64,000 nt of DNA from Candidatus Latescibacterota bacterium (GTDB lineage Bacteria; Latescibacterota; UBA2968; GCA-2709665): NCBI GenBank assembly GCA_965248435.1, contig OZ252100.1, forward strand, positions 5,280,001-5,344,000. The letters are read 5' to 3'. Positions 40,364-51,600 of the stretch are shown piece after piece. The position numbers and the translations under genes were made by a program. Each line of letters begins with the position of its first letter. Within the stretch, counting starts at the first letter, position 1. The notes beneath the pieces are model-generated. The model worked only from the letters and a program-made list of their open reading frames with translations. It did not search any database and was not told the origin of the DNA.

Positions 40364-40762
40364 CTTCAGAGTGTCTACGACTGTCTCGTTCCCGGGGGAC
40401 GTTTGCTATTGAATTTCTACGTTCCGTCCTACGTAGACGATTTGCTCCTCCATCAAGAATCTCCACATGCTGAAGAGAGATTTGGCGAGTTTATCAATCC
40501 CGAGACCGAGAAAGAGATCGAGGTAAGCTACTCGAAGATCTGCGACCATTCGTCACAAACGGAAAGCTACACCTGGACCTTTAGGCATGACTGTGAGACA
40601 GCAAAAGTGCCGATGCGTGCACGATGGATCTACCCGGAAGAGTTCCAATTGCTGTTGCGTCTGGGAGGATTCGATCGTTGGCAGTTCTTCGGAAGCCAAG
40701 ATTGTGAGCCATACGTCGGATCGGCGAAGGAAACCAACACCTATTGGGTGGTCGCCAGGTAG
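40364..40762 (+). pseudogene. 5'-truncated class I SAM methyltransferase
   Basis: LQSVYDCLVPGGRLLL and RWIYPEEFQLLLRLGGF C-terminal motifs; no N-terminal motif I. Confidence 0.65.
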
Positions 40763-40814
40763 ACGTGTCGAACCGCGTTACGTTGCGGGCGATACAATTT
40801 GGGTATCGCACGTC

Positions 40815-40911
40815 AGATAACAGCACAGTTTGCGCTGCTGCTGCGGTCGCCGCCTTGGCCATCGGCAACGCCTCGTCAGCTCGGCCCTCGCAAACCGGCA
40901 TAACGTTAACA
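40815..40911 (+). other. attC-like site
   Basis: AGATAAC...GTTAACA, 97 bp, inner stem GTTTGCG/CGCAAAC. Confidence 0.6.
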
Positions 40912-41116
40912 GAAAGCACGCGCCAAAGTCAAAACAGGCGGCCGTCCCGGCCGCCAGGAAAATCTTTGAACCACTTCTCTTGCTTGATGGATTTGTTCGA
41001 CAGCGAATGAGCTATACGGAGTTTTTTCGACCAGATTTTTCCGTATAGGCAAGAGTTCGCGGCGAGAAGACCAATATGAGTGCACAATAAGTGAAAGGCT
41101 ACCCGGTGACGGTCAA

Positions 41117-41992
41117 ATGAAGCTACACATTCTCGGTAACGGTGGTCCGCGTCCCAGCCGTATGGGTGAACGCTACGGGTGTTCCTGCATTCTCGAGATC
41201 GGTGACGATCGTATCATGGTTGATTGCGGCCCCGGCACCACCTACAAGATGGCGCGCATGGGAATGAGTCCTACACAGGTGAATTCGGTTTTCCTAACTC
41301 ACCATCATTCGGATCATATCGTTGATTTCCCGTGTTTTGCCTTGCTACGGTTCGATCTAGACCCCGGCGATCTTCCTCCCCTCAGAATCTTTGGTCCGCC
41401 TCCGACTGTCGAATTCGTCGATCGCCTTTTTGGCAAGGACGGCGCCTTCCTTTCCGACATTGTTGCGCGTCGAGAACACCACATCAGCCACCACGGGCAC
41501 GTGGGGAGAGGCGGAACGCTTCCCCGTCCGGGCATGAAGGTCGATGTATCCGACATCAGTTCAGGAGCGGTTGTCGAGGGGAAAGGTTGGAAGGCGACGG
41601 CTGTACAGGTTCCTCATGTCGAGCCTTACCTAACCGAGCTAGCGTACCGGATCGATACGGATAGCGGCAGCGTGCTCTTCCTGTGCGATGCAGCGGACTG
41701 TCCCGAACTGAGGCCATTGGCCAGGGGGGTTGATACATTCGTTACGGGGCTCTCTATGCGCAATTTCAAGGAGAATGACGAAGATGCTTCGCATCCGATC
41801 CGGGGCGTCAGCGCGGACATATCAGAGGTCGGTGACATCGCTAATGAAGCTGGAATCTCGAGGGTCGTGGTCATCCACTGCGGTTCGCCGCGCAGTGAGG
41901 ACATCGTCGGCAGGCTCCGCGGAGGCTACCATGGGAATGGATATAGCGGTTGTATCGTGCGTCCTGACGAGCTTACGACTGTTGAGATATAG
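41117..41992 (+). CDS. MBL-fold metallo-hydrolase (RNase Z/AtsA-like)
   Basis: VDCGPG, THHHSDH, VPH, AYRID. Confidence 0.88.
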   Translation: MKLHILGNGGPRPSRMGERYGCSCILEIGDDRIMVDCGPGTTYKMARMGMSPTQVNSVFLTHHHSDHIVDFPCFALLRFDLDPGDLPPLRIFGPPPTVEFVDRLFGKDGAFLSDIVARREHHISHHGHVGRGGTLPRPGMKVDVSDISSGAVVEGKGWKATAVQVPHVEPYLTELAYRIDTDSGSVLFLCDAADCPELRPLARGVDTFVTGLSMRNFKENDEDASHPIRGVSADISEVGDIANEAGISRVVVIHCGSPRSEDIVGRLRGGYHGNGYSGCIVRPDELTTVEI

Positions 41993-42117
41993 GTTGTGTA
42001 AGAGCGAGGAATCGGCCTCAACCCAGCACGGATAATTGATCTTCGACATTCTACCGTATGTTGGGGATTTCTATGTAGCAGCTGTGGTGTCTGGCGCAAT
42101 AAGAGAAGAGACCGAAA

Positions 42118-42258
42118 CGCCAACCAGTTGCTCCTTCTGACCGGATTCCGCTTGGCCCTTCGGGCACACCTGCTTCTGTCACGTCATTTGCTCAGTGACG
42201 CAAATGCCGCGCCAGCCCAGCGGGACAGCAGGCGTCGTAAACCTGAAGAACGTTATGC
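42118..42258 (+). other. attC-like site (long, possibly chimeric)
   Basis: GCCAAC...AGAAC-GTTATGC; nested stems CCTGCT/AGCAGG and CATTTGC/GCAAATG. Confidence 0.5.
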
Positions 42259-42426
42259 AAAACTGGCGCAAGAAACCCAACACCCCCACCCAGAAAATCG
42301 CGCACAAGAAACAATAACCACTCCATCCTGATTTCTTCACAGCGAATGGATTTACCTCTCGATCTCATTGTAAGCTCTGCGGGTTCACGCGAAGATCAGG
42401 GAGTAATTCAATACCAGGAGAAACCA

Positions 42427-43884
42427 ATGACGGACGAGAAAGCGGCCTTCCTATTCATCGACAATACGTTAATCGAGAATCTCGACAGCGTCGTGCAAGG
42501 GGTCGTACCCGCAAAGAAGGCTTCGCAACAGCCGCTGATTGAGAAGGATCGGGCCTGGGAAGAGGAGTGGCTGATCGGCGGCTACGTCAACGTCCTGTAC
42601 GACGACGACGAAAATATCTTCAAGATGTGGTACGGCGTGGGCCGAAGATTGAGCGAAGCGCGTGGCGACGTGGCGGACGGACTGGCCTACGCCGTGTCCC
42701 AAGACGCGATCCACTGGGAAAAACCCGTCCTCAACCTCGTCGAGGACAGCGGCAGCAAAGAGAATAACCTGGTCTTTCCCTTTTTGAGGTGGGGGGCCGG
42801 GACAGGAGTCATGAAAGACCCCATCGAAACAGACCCAGCCAAGCGCTACAAGATGCTCTTTATGTTCCAGAGCGGAGACATGATATTCGCCGGCATTGTC
42901 CAGCCGGTCTGTGTGGCGTATTCTGCCGACGGGATTCATTGGAACGTGCCCCAACGCTGGCTCAACCCGGTCATTCCACAGGGTTCGGATACCCACCTGG
43001 TCGCTTATTGGGATGCAAAAATTCACCGCTACGTCGTTAATCTGCGGGGCCGGCCTAACGTGCGCATCATTTGCATGGCCGAGAGCGATGATTTCGAAAA
43101 CTGGACCCCGCGCAAGATCATCGTCGCACCCGATGAGCACGATCCCCCGCAGGACCAGGAGTTTTACGGCATGAGTTCGCTGGCGTATCGCGACTTTCGT
43201 ATCGGCTTCCTGTCCGTGTTTCACACGCTCCACGAGGGGTGGATCGCCCAGAACCAGATCGAAGATTGGATGCCCGAATGGATGAACCAGATGGACATTC
43301 AGTTGACCTACTCGAAGAACGGCCGGACCTGGCATCGGGCGGGCAACCGTGAACCCATTCTGGAATGTGGCCCCCGCGGTAGCCACGACAGTGGAAATGT
43401 CTATCCGTCTCATGCCCCCTTTGTCCGCGGCGACGAGATCTGGGTCTATCACAGCTGCTCAAACGAATTGCACGGCGAGGGGACGCGCTACGGCGAAGAA
43501 TCCCGGCGGGGAATCAATCTGGCAAAGATCGAAAAGGATCGGCTGGTCTGTCTGAAGACGGAGGCGCAGGGGGTCGTGACCACGGTCCCGCTGAGTATCG
43601 AGCCCAATGCATTGTGGATCAACGCCGATGCGACCGGCGGGTCACTGCGAGTGGAGATAGTCGATCCGTTTGACCGGGTCGTGCCGGGTTTTGGCAAAGA
43701 AGACTGCAGACTCTTCTCAGCGAATGAAACAGAATACCGGGTACAATGGAAAAGCGATCCGCAAGGCGCAGTCGGAGATAAAGAGGGTGGGCTCGAAGAG
43801 AAGATGGTCTCACAGGCACGCGGGGGGGGCAAGGTCAAAGTGTACCTTGACCGCGCCAAGCTATTTGCTCTTTATGCGTCCTAA
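42427..43884 (+). CDS. Beta-propeller glycoside hydrolase-like protein (GH32/43 clan-like, Asp-box motifs)
   Basis: SQDAIHW, SADGIHW, SDDFENW, SKNGRTW repeats; AGGAG RBS before ATG 42427. Confidence 0.75.
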   Translation: MTDEKAAFLFIDNTLIENLDSVVQGVVPAKKASQQPLIEKDRAWEEEWLIGGYVNVLYDDDENIFKMWYGVGRRLSEARGDVADGLAYAVSQDAIHWEKPVLNLVEDSGSKENNLVFPFLRWGAGTGVMKDPIETDPAKRYKMLFMFQSGDMIFAGIVQPVCVAYSADGIHWNVPQRWLNPVIPQGSDTHLVAYWDAKIHRYVVNLRGRPNVRIICMAESDDFENWTPRKIIVAPDEHDPPQDQEFYGMSSLAYRDFRIGFLSVFHTLHEGWIAQNQIEDWMPEWMNQMDIQLTYSKNGRTWHRAGNREPILECGPRGSHDSGNVYPSHAPFVRGDEIWVYHSCSNELHGEGTRYGEESRRGINLAKIEKDRLVCLKTEAQGVVTTVPLSIEPNALWINADATGGSLRVEIVDPFDRVVPGFGKEDCRLFSANETEYRVQWKSDPQGAVGDKEGGLEEKMVSQARGGGKVKVYLDRAKLFALYAS

Positions 43885-43924
43885 AGCCATTTAGGGGTTC
43901 AACAATCAACAGAGCTCAACAGGG

Positions 43925-44459
43925 TCGTCGTCTCCGTTCTCGGGCCGGTTCAGGGGGATTCCCAGGATCTCCGAGGCTTTTTTTTGGATCTCCAGGATCT
44001 TCTCTGCCTGTTCCAGACGTCGCCGTAGCCGGGCGTTCTCTTTGCGAAGTTGCTCGTTCTCCCGGGCTACGGGGTCACGTCGGCGCCCTTTCGGGCCACG
44101 CTCCTTCGAGAGTGTCCCCAGAGCCCCCTCACGACGAGCGCGTCGCCATTCTGTCAGAAGCGAGGAATAAAGACCTTCCCGTCGCAGCAATGCCCCAACC
44201 TCGCCTGGCTGTCGGCAGGCGTCGGCCTCTTCGACGATCCGCAGCTTATACGCGGCGCTGAAATGACGTCGCTTAGCTTTCTCCGGAACCTCTGCATCGG
44301 GCCGTGCTTCGTTGGAGCTCCCTTCACTCAGCACGGGGTGCTCCAACGACGGACGCTCCTTGACTTTGCTGTTACCGTTCATCTTTGATCTCTCCTCCGC
44401 CCTCAATTACTCATTAATTTCTGTGGGGGAGGTGTCTCGCTAATTATAGGCACGTAGGG
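43925..44459 (-). mobile_element. Partial copy A of a second IS3-like element (left end + orfA only)
   Basis: Matches 52346-52880 apart from a synonymous change; breaks off at the end of orfA. Confidence 0.9.
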
Positions 44460-45200
44460 GGGTATCTGAACGACATTGGCCTTGCCGATGACGTCACACA
44501 GGAGGCGTTCATTGCGGCCTTTACTGATCTGTCGAGCCTCAGGGAGGCAGACCAGTTCAGGAGCTGGGTCTGTTCAATAGCCATTAACCTCTGCAAAATG
44601 CAATTGCGAAAGCCCAAGATCGAGGAGAACGGCATTGACCCTGACGGGATGCCGGGACTAGACCTCTCTCCAGACGAGGTATACGAACGGGAGGAACGCA
44701 GGCTTCAGATTCTTGGTGTCCTGGACTCCCTGCCGGAAGGAGAAAGGGAGGCTGTCGTCCTCTACTACCTTCTTGGGATGCGTGTGGATTCTGTGAGTGA
44801 ATCACTCGCTATCTCGAAGAACGCCGTGAAAGTCCGCCTGCACCGTGGCCGTCAAAGACTAAGACAGGAGTTGATCGCCATGGATGAGAAATCAGATAAA
44901 GTGGATGTGGAATCCTTCGCGGACTGGTCAAAACTGACAGATGAGGAGATGGTGGCCACGCTCAGGAAGACCTTTACCGAGGATCTCGCGATTGCCCTGG
45001 TGAGGAAAGACAACGCCACACGCCGGGTTCAAGACAAGATCATGCGGAACATTTCAAAGCGTGTTCAAGAAATCATGCAACGCATGATTGAAGAGAGGTC
45101 ACCATCAGAGGCTGAGATTGACAGATCCCGCACGACGATCCTGAAAACTATCCATGAGCTACAGAGTGCAGGCACTATTAGGCCCTCTCTAGTTGACTGA
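44460..45200 (+). pseudogene. 5'-truncated ECF sigma factor fused to a FliG C-terminal-like domain
   Basis: In-frame ADDVTQEAF...FRSWVCSIAINLC (sigma region 2), AVKVRLHRGR (region 4), then DLAIAL...KIMRNISKR...ILKTIHELQSAGTI; N-terminus removed by the IS. Confidence 0.75.
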
Positions 45201-45227
45201 CAAGGTTAACCGGCGTCAAATAGTATA

Positions 45228-45256
45228 CCGCCCAGGGGGAATCTCTCTCTGGGCGG
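45228..45256 (+). terminator. Terminator-like hairpin
   Basis: CCGCCCAG...CTGGGCGG after the sigma gene. Confidence 0.5.
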
Positions 45257-45443
45257 CTTGTCTGTTCACTGGCAGGTGGCGGCACGGCTTGTAAAAGCGG
45301 ATTGCCGGCTCGCTTTGTTGACGCTCTTCGCAGGGGGCTGTGAGCTTTTAACCTCCCTCACAATAAGGCTTTTCTGTATATTCCTGAGTGACGCCCTCAA
45401 AGATTTGCCTGGAAAGCAACGCTATGAATATCTATCCGTTTGG

Positions 45444-45606
45444 CCCTACGTGCCTATAATTAGCGAGACACCTCCCCCACAGAAATTAATGAGTAATTGA
45501 GGGCGGAGGAGAGATCAAAGATGAACGGTAACAGCAAAGTCAAGGAGCGTCCGTCGTTGGAGCACCCCGTGCTGAGTGAAGGGAGCTCCAACGAAGCACG
45601 GCCCGA
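45444..45606 (+). mobile_element. Partial copy B of the second IS3-like element (left end + start of orfA)
   Basis: Identical to 52346-52508; fused in frame to the adhesin ORF. Confidence 0.9.
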
Positions 45607-45646
45607 CTGGCGGGCAGTTGAGCCTAAATATCGGCGAGAGGCGAAC

Positions 45647-48600
45647 ATGGTTGACGGCATATCCAATGCCAGCACGGCTGACATGAACACCGAAAGCTCC
45701 AAATACTCGGCGCCATGTCGAGCCGGCGCAGGCGGAAAGGCGATTGCCACGAGAACTATTTCCCGGCCGAAAATCATCGGCGCAATCTCGCCGCCTCCGT
45801 ACGCTCAATCGAGCCCGCCTAAGCCTGATGTCGAAGGGGCGCAGTCCCCTCCGGCGGCACACAGGGACGATTCTCTCGCTCCCAATCCATCGGCGGGGCT
45901 GGTTACCGAAGACCATCCCCCCAAGCGCCGCCGTGGCGGCTGGGGGCGTGCAGGCGTCCTCGCCGTCGTCGCCTGGCTGGCCTGGCCGACCGCGGCCTTC
46001 GCGCAGGGTATAGGCGTGTATTCCATTGCGAGCAATGACGTGGTCGACGCCTCGGAGAAGTGGGCCGGCTTTACCATCACCGGCGGCACGGGTACGGAAA
46101 GCAGCGTGACTGTCACGGTGAACGTCAACGGCACACAGGTGGGGACCGCAACCTCGGACGCCAGTGGAAATTGGGTGGTGAACGTGGACGGTGATGCGAG
46201 CTTCGTTACCACGACCGTAAGCGGCCAATACGCCGAAGCGACGCGCGGGACTCCTGGCAACCTTGATTTCCTATCGCATCAGAGGTCCTTTACCGCGAAT
46301 CTGAAGCTGCCGCTGGTGGTGAACGCCGTTACGGGCGACGACACGATCAATATTGCGGAGAAGGCGAGCGGCTTCACCATCAGCGGCGACACGGGTACGG
46401 AAAGCGGCGTGACTGTCGATGTGAGCATCGACACGGGGACGCTGAGCACTACCTCGGGCGCCGCGGGGGCTTGGTCGGTGGTCGTGCCGTCCAATGCGAA
46501 CTACATTACCGAAACGAGCGTGGACCTTACGGTGACGGCCACCAAGACCGGTTCTGTCAGCGCGACGGTTACTCGGACGCTGCCGGTGGATTTGACGGCG
46601 CCAACGGTGAGTTACAACACGACGCCATCGAGTCTGAAGGTGGGCGTGGCGATCTCGGCGATGGCTCCGACCACGAGCGATACGGATATTGCTTCCTATG
46701 GCGTCCACGACGATGACTCGCTGCCGCCGGGACTGGCGATCGACGAGAGCACTGGCGTGATCAGCGGCGCGCCGACGACGGCCAACAACAGTACACGGGA
46801 GGTGAGGGTGCTGGCCACCGACGACGCCCGCAACGAAACCACAGAGACGATCACCTTCCCCAAGGTCGACATGGGCGACCAGACGCTGGTTGGGTTCGCA
46901 TACGGCGCGGCGCGAATCAGGTACGGCGATACTGCGCCGAGGGTGACCGAGCCGACCGGCGCCCGGACCCCGGTGACGTATTCGGCGGTGCCTGCGACGG
47001 TGTGCACCGTCAATTCGTTGGGTGCGCTGACGATTAGAGCCGGGGGGACGTGCACGATCACGGCATCGGCCAACGGCGACGCCAACTACAACGCGGCGGC
47101 GGACGTGACCCTTGGCCTGGAGGTGGCCAGGGTGACGGTCGACCCGCCGCCGGAGAGCCTGCCGCCGGAGGGCCTGCCAGTACCGGAGGGCGGCTCGGCC
47201 GGCTACACGGTGGTGCTCGACACCCAGCCGACGCATGACGTCACGATCAACGTGAACCGCCGGGGGTCCGGGGGCGACACGGATCTGACGGCGAGTCCGG
47301 TTGGGTTGACCTTCACGGACTCAAACTGGAACACCCCACAGACGGTGACGCTCTCGGCGGCCGAGGACGACGACGGCGCGCGCGGCATCGTCAATTTTGG
47401 ACACAACGCGGTCAGCGCCGACAGCATCTATGGCGGCATTGGGGCCCCCGCCGTCAAGGCAGTTGAGGACGACAACGACCCGATCGGGGTGACGATCTGG
47501 CCGCAGGTACTGAGGATGCCGGACGGCGGATCGCGGAAATACACAGTGGTTCTCAACACCCAGCCGACGGACGATGTCACGATCACGGTGACCCGGGATC
47601 ACGGGGGTGACGACGACCTGACGGCGGACCCGAATACGTTGATCTTCACGGAGGCAACCTGGTATACGCCGCAGACGGTAACGGTCTCGGCGGCCAAGGA
47701 CGACGACCAGGTGAACGGCGTCGCGATCTTCAGCCACAGCGTGGAAAGCAACGACGAGAACTACCAGTCCGACGATGAAATCACAATCGCTCCGGTAAGG
47801 GTGACCGAGGACGAGACCAGACCGAGGGTAGCGATTCAGACGGAGGCGTCGTCTCCGGTGGGCGGCGCCTTCGAGGTGACGATCCGCTTCTCCGAGTCGG
47901 TGGAAGGCTTTGAACTGGAAGATATCGAGGTGAGCAACGGGACGGCGTCGAATTTCAACAGGGTGTCCTCACGGACCTACACAGTGACGATCACGCCGGA
48001 AGAAACAGGTGAGGTCAGGGTGGAGGTGGGATCGAACGTGGCCCGGGACGGCGTCGGCAACCGCAACCGGGCGGCGGAGCCTCTGGTGATCGAGGCGGAT
48101 CTGGAGCGGCCGGAGGTAACGATCGAAGGGCCGACGGAGCCGGTGGGAATGGCGGTGTTCGAAGTGACGATCACCTTCTCCGAACCAGTGACGGGCTTTG
48201 AGCTTGAAGATATCCGAGTCACTAATGGAACGGCTTCGAACTTTACCAAAGTCTCGCCGCAGGAGTACACGGCGACGATCACGCCCTCTGCGAGCGGCGC
48301 GGTGAAGATGGAGGTTGCGGAGGACGTGGCTCGGGACGGGGGCGGCAACGGCAACCGGGCGGCGGAGCCTCTGGTGATCGAGGCGGATCTGGAGCGGCCG
48401 GAGGTAACGATCGCAGGACCGACGGAGCCGGTGGGAATGGCGGGGTTCGAAGTGACGATCACCTTCTCGGAGCCGGTGGAGGGCTTTGAGCTTGAAGATA
48501 TCCGAGTCACTAATGGAACGGCTTCGAACTTTACCAAAGTCTCGCCGCAGGAGTACACGGCGACGATCACGCCCGAAGGGATCGGTGCAGTGAGGGTGGA

Positions 48601-51600
48601 GGTCCCCAAGGACGTGGCCGAGGACGGGGGCGGCAACGGCAACCGGGCGGCGGAGCCTCTGGTGATCGAGACGGATCTGGAGCGGCCGGAGGTAACGATC
48701 GCAGGACCGACGGAGCCGGTGGGAATGGCGGGGTTCGAAGTGACGATCACCTTCTCGGAGCCGGTGGAGGGCTTTGAGCTTGAAGATATCCGAGTCACCA
48801 ATGGAACGGCTTCGAACTTTACCAAAGTCTCGCCGCAGGAGTACACGGCGACGATCACGCCCGAAGGGATCGGTGCAGTGAGGGTGGAGGTCCCCAAGGA
48901 CGTGGCCGAGGACGGGGCTGGCAACGGCAACCAGGCGGCGGAGCCTCTGGTGATCGAGACGGATCTGGAGCGGCCGGAGGTAACGATCGCAGGACCGACG
49001 GAGCCGGTGGGAATGGCGGGGTTCGAAGTGAGGATCGCCTTCTCGGAGCCGGTGGAGGGCTTTGAGCTTGAAGATATCCGAGTCACCAATGGAACAGCTT
49101 CGAACTTTACCAAAGTCTCGCCGCAGGAGTACACGGCGACGATCACGCCCGAAGGGATCGGTGCAGTGAGGGTGGAGGTCCCCAAGGACGTGGCCGAGGA
49201 CGGGGCTGGCAACGGCAACCAGGCGGCGGAGGCCTTCGAATTGGAGACGAAGCTGGCGGTGAGCTACCAGGAGGAGAGCTACACGGCCAGGGAAGGTGGA
49301 GAGACGGTGACGGTGACGGTGAAGCTGAGCCAGGGCTGGGACGAGGAGCTGGCGATCCCGATCCGGGTGACGCGGCCGGAGACGACGGAAGTCGCCGACT
49401 ATACCCTAGATGGTTTGCAGGAGTGGGATGCCCAGGAGGGCGCCGGGACGCTCACCTTCCCAGCCGAGGAAACGGAACAGACGTTTAGGATTGCAGCCAA
49501 CCATGACGGGGACGGGGACGACGAGACCTTGAAGCTGGGATTTGGGGAACTGCCGGAGATCGTACTGACAGGTGAGCCGGGCGTGGCGACAGTGATGCTG
49601 GAGGACAAAGGACTGGTGGAGCTGAAGGTGAGCTTTGGGCAGGCGGAGTACCAGATTAGGGAAGGCCAGCAGGCCGACATCGAGGTGAAGGTGGCGCCGA
49701 CGGCGGATCGGCGGGTGGAAGTACCGCTGGTGGTGAGCTTGAAAGGAGGGGCGAGCGAGGCCGACTACAGTGGGGTACCGGTGTCGTTGGTGATCGAGGA
49801 AGGCGAGAGTGAGGGGACGATTTCCGTGGAGGTGCTGGCGGATGAAGTGAACGATCCTGGGGAGGGGATTGTGCTGAGCTTTGGAGAGTTGCCGGAGGCG
49901 GTCAGTGAAGGAGAAATCCCGCAGACAACAGTGAACTTCAGGCAGCGGCGCACGGCGGAGCAGTTCTCGCAAACGCTGGAGGTGGCGCTGGCGGTGATGG
50001 CGCGGTCGATGGGGGAGAGTGTGCAGACGGCCATTGAGGGTCGCTTTGAGCGGCATCGGCAGTGGAGTCGGCTGGGGGCAGCCGGAGGAGCGGTGTCGAC
50101 AGCGCAGCCGGGAAGCGACAATAGCGCCACGGGTCTGGGTGAGGGAGAATCGCAGCGGATAGACAGCGAGAGCCTCGAGGACGCCGGCAGGCGAAGAGCT
50201 GAAGGCCCGGTAGTGCCGAGCGCTGGGGGCGGGGCCGGGGGCCGAGCAGTGATGGGATCGAGTGGGGAGTTGGGAGACCGGGAAAGTGACGTGCAAGGAG
50301 CGTGGCTGCAGAACGTCTCGCTGGGTGGATTAGCGGGCCTGTTCGGCTACGGCCAGGGCGATGCGGGCGTCTCGACCGGCTCCAGCATGGGGCCGAGTGG
50401 GACCGGCCCGACTGTCGGGTTGGGAGGGCAGCCAGGTCACGGTCAGAATCGATTCCAGGGTGCGGGGACCAGGAACTCGTCGCTGAGATCGGGATCGGGC
50501 GAGTACTCGGGGAGGAGGAATCGAGAGCTCAACCTTGCGGGAGTGTCCTTGGAGCTGCCCTTGGCAGGACAGCAGAAGGGGACGAGCAGGAGCTGGGTAC
50601 CGGCGTTGTGGGGGCAAGGGGACCTGCAGCACTTCAACGGGAACCTGGCGCGGTACGAGATGAGCTATCGAGGAGGTCTCGAGGCCGCCCATGTGGCGCT
50701 GGACCTCTATGCCAACGACAAGGTGCTGACCGGGCTGTCGTTCATGCGCAGCTGGGGGAACATGGATTACAGCGACGATGGGATCGATGGGGTGTTGAGG
50801 AGTCGCATGAGCACGTTTCATCCCTATCTGTACTGGCAGCCGACGGAACGGGTGAGCGTGTGGGGCATAGGAGGCTTGGGACGAGGGCGAGTGGACGTCA
50901 ACGAGCCGGGGAGGAGTCACGACTTCGAGGCTGACTTTCGGATGTTCGCCGGGGGATTGAGGACGGTGCTGACGCGGCGAGGCAGCAATGAGTTGGGGCT
51001 GCGGGCGGACGCCTTCTCGGCGCAACTGAGGACCGAAGCCTCCGAAGACATCGCGAAGGTGCGAGGTGAGGCCCACCTGGCGCGGTTGATGCTGGAGTGG
51101 GTGCACACCAAGCAGCTGTCAGTGGGGCGATCCCTGAGCCTGAAGGCGGAGGCCGGCGGGCGTTTCGACGGGGGCGATGCGGAACGGGGCAGCGGCGCGG
51201 AAACAGGATTCCGTCTGGGGTATCTGGATGCGAACAGTGGACTGGACGTGGCCATGTATGGCCGGGTGCTGATGGTGCACACAAGCGACTACCGGGACTG
51301 GGGATTGGGGGTACAGGCGAGCTGGGACCCGGGCGAGAAGCAGCGCGGGTTCCGAGTGTCGGTGACCTCCACGCGGGGCCAGGACGGCGGCGGGCGAACG
51401 ACGCTGTGGAACAACGCTAATATGGTCACGCGCCCAGCGGGGATGGGGGCGATGGGGCTGAGCTCCCAGTACCGGATGGAAAGCGAGGTGGCCTACGGCG
51501 GCCTGAAGGCGCCGGGCGTACCGGGTCTGCTGACGCCCTATAGCCGGCTGCGATGGGCCGGACAGGGTCGGGAGCTGGCCTGGGGGACCGCTTGGAGCCT

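Noticed and set aside
48071-49231. Regular repeats as a CRISPR array
   Set aside because: 288-bp in-frame coding units with no unique spacers and no cas genes
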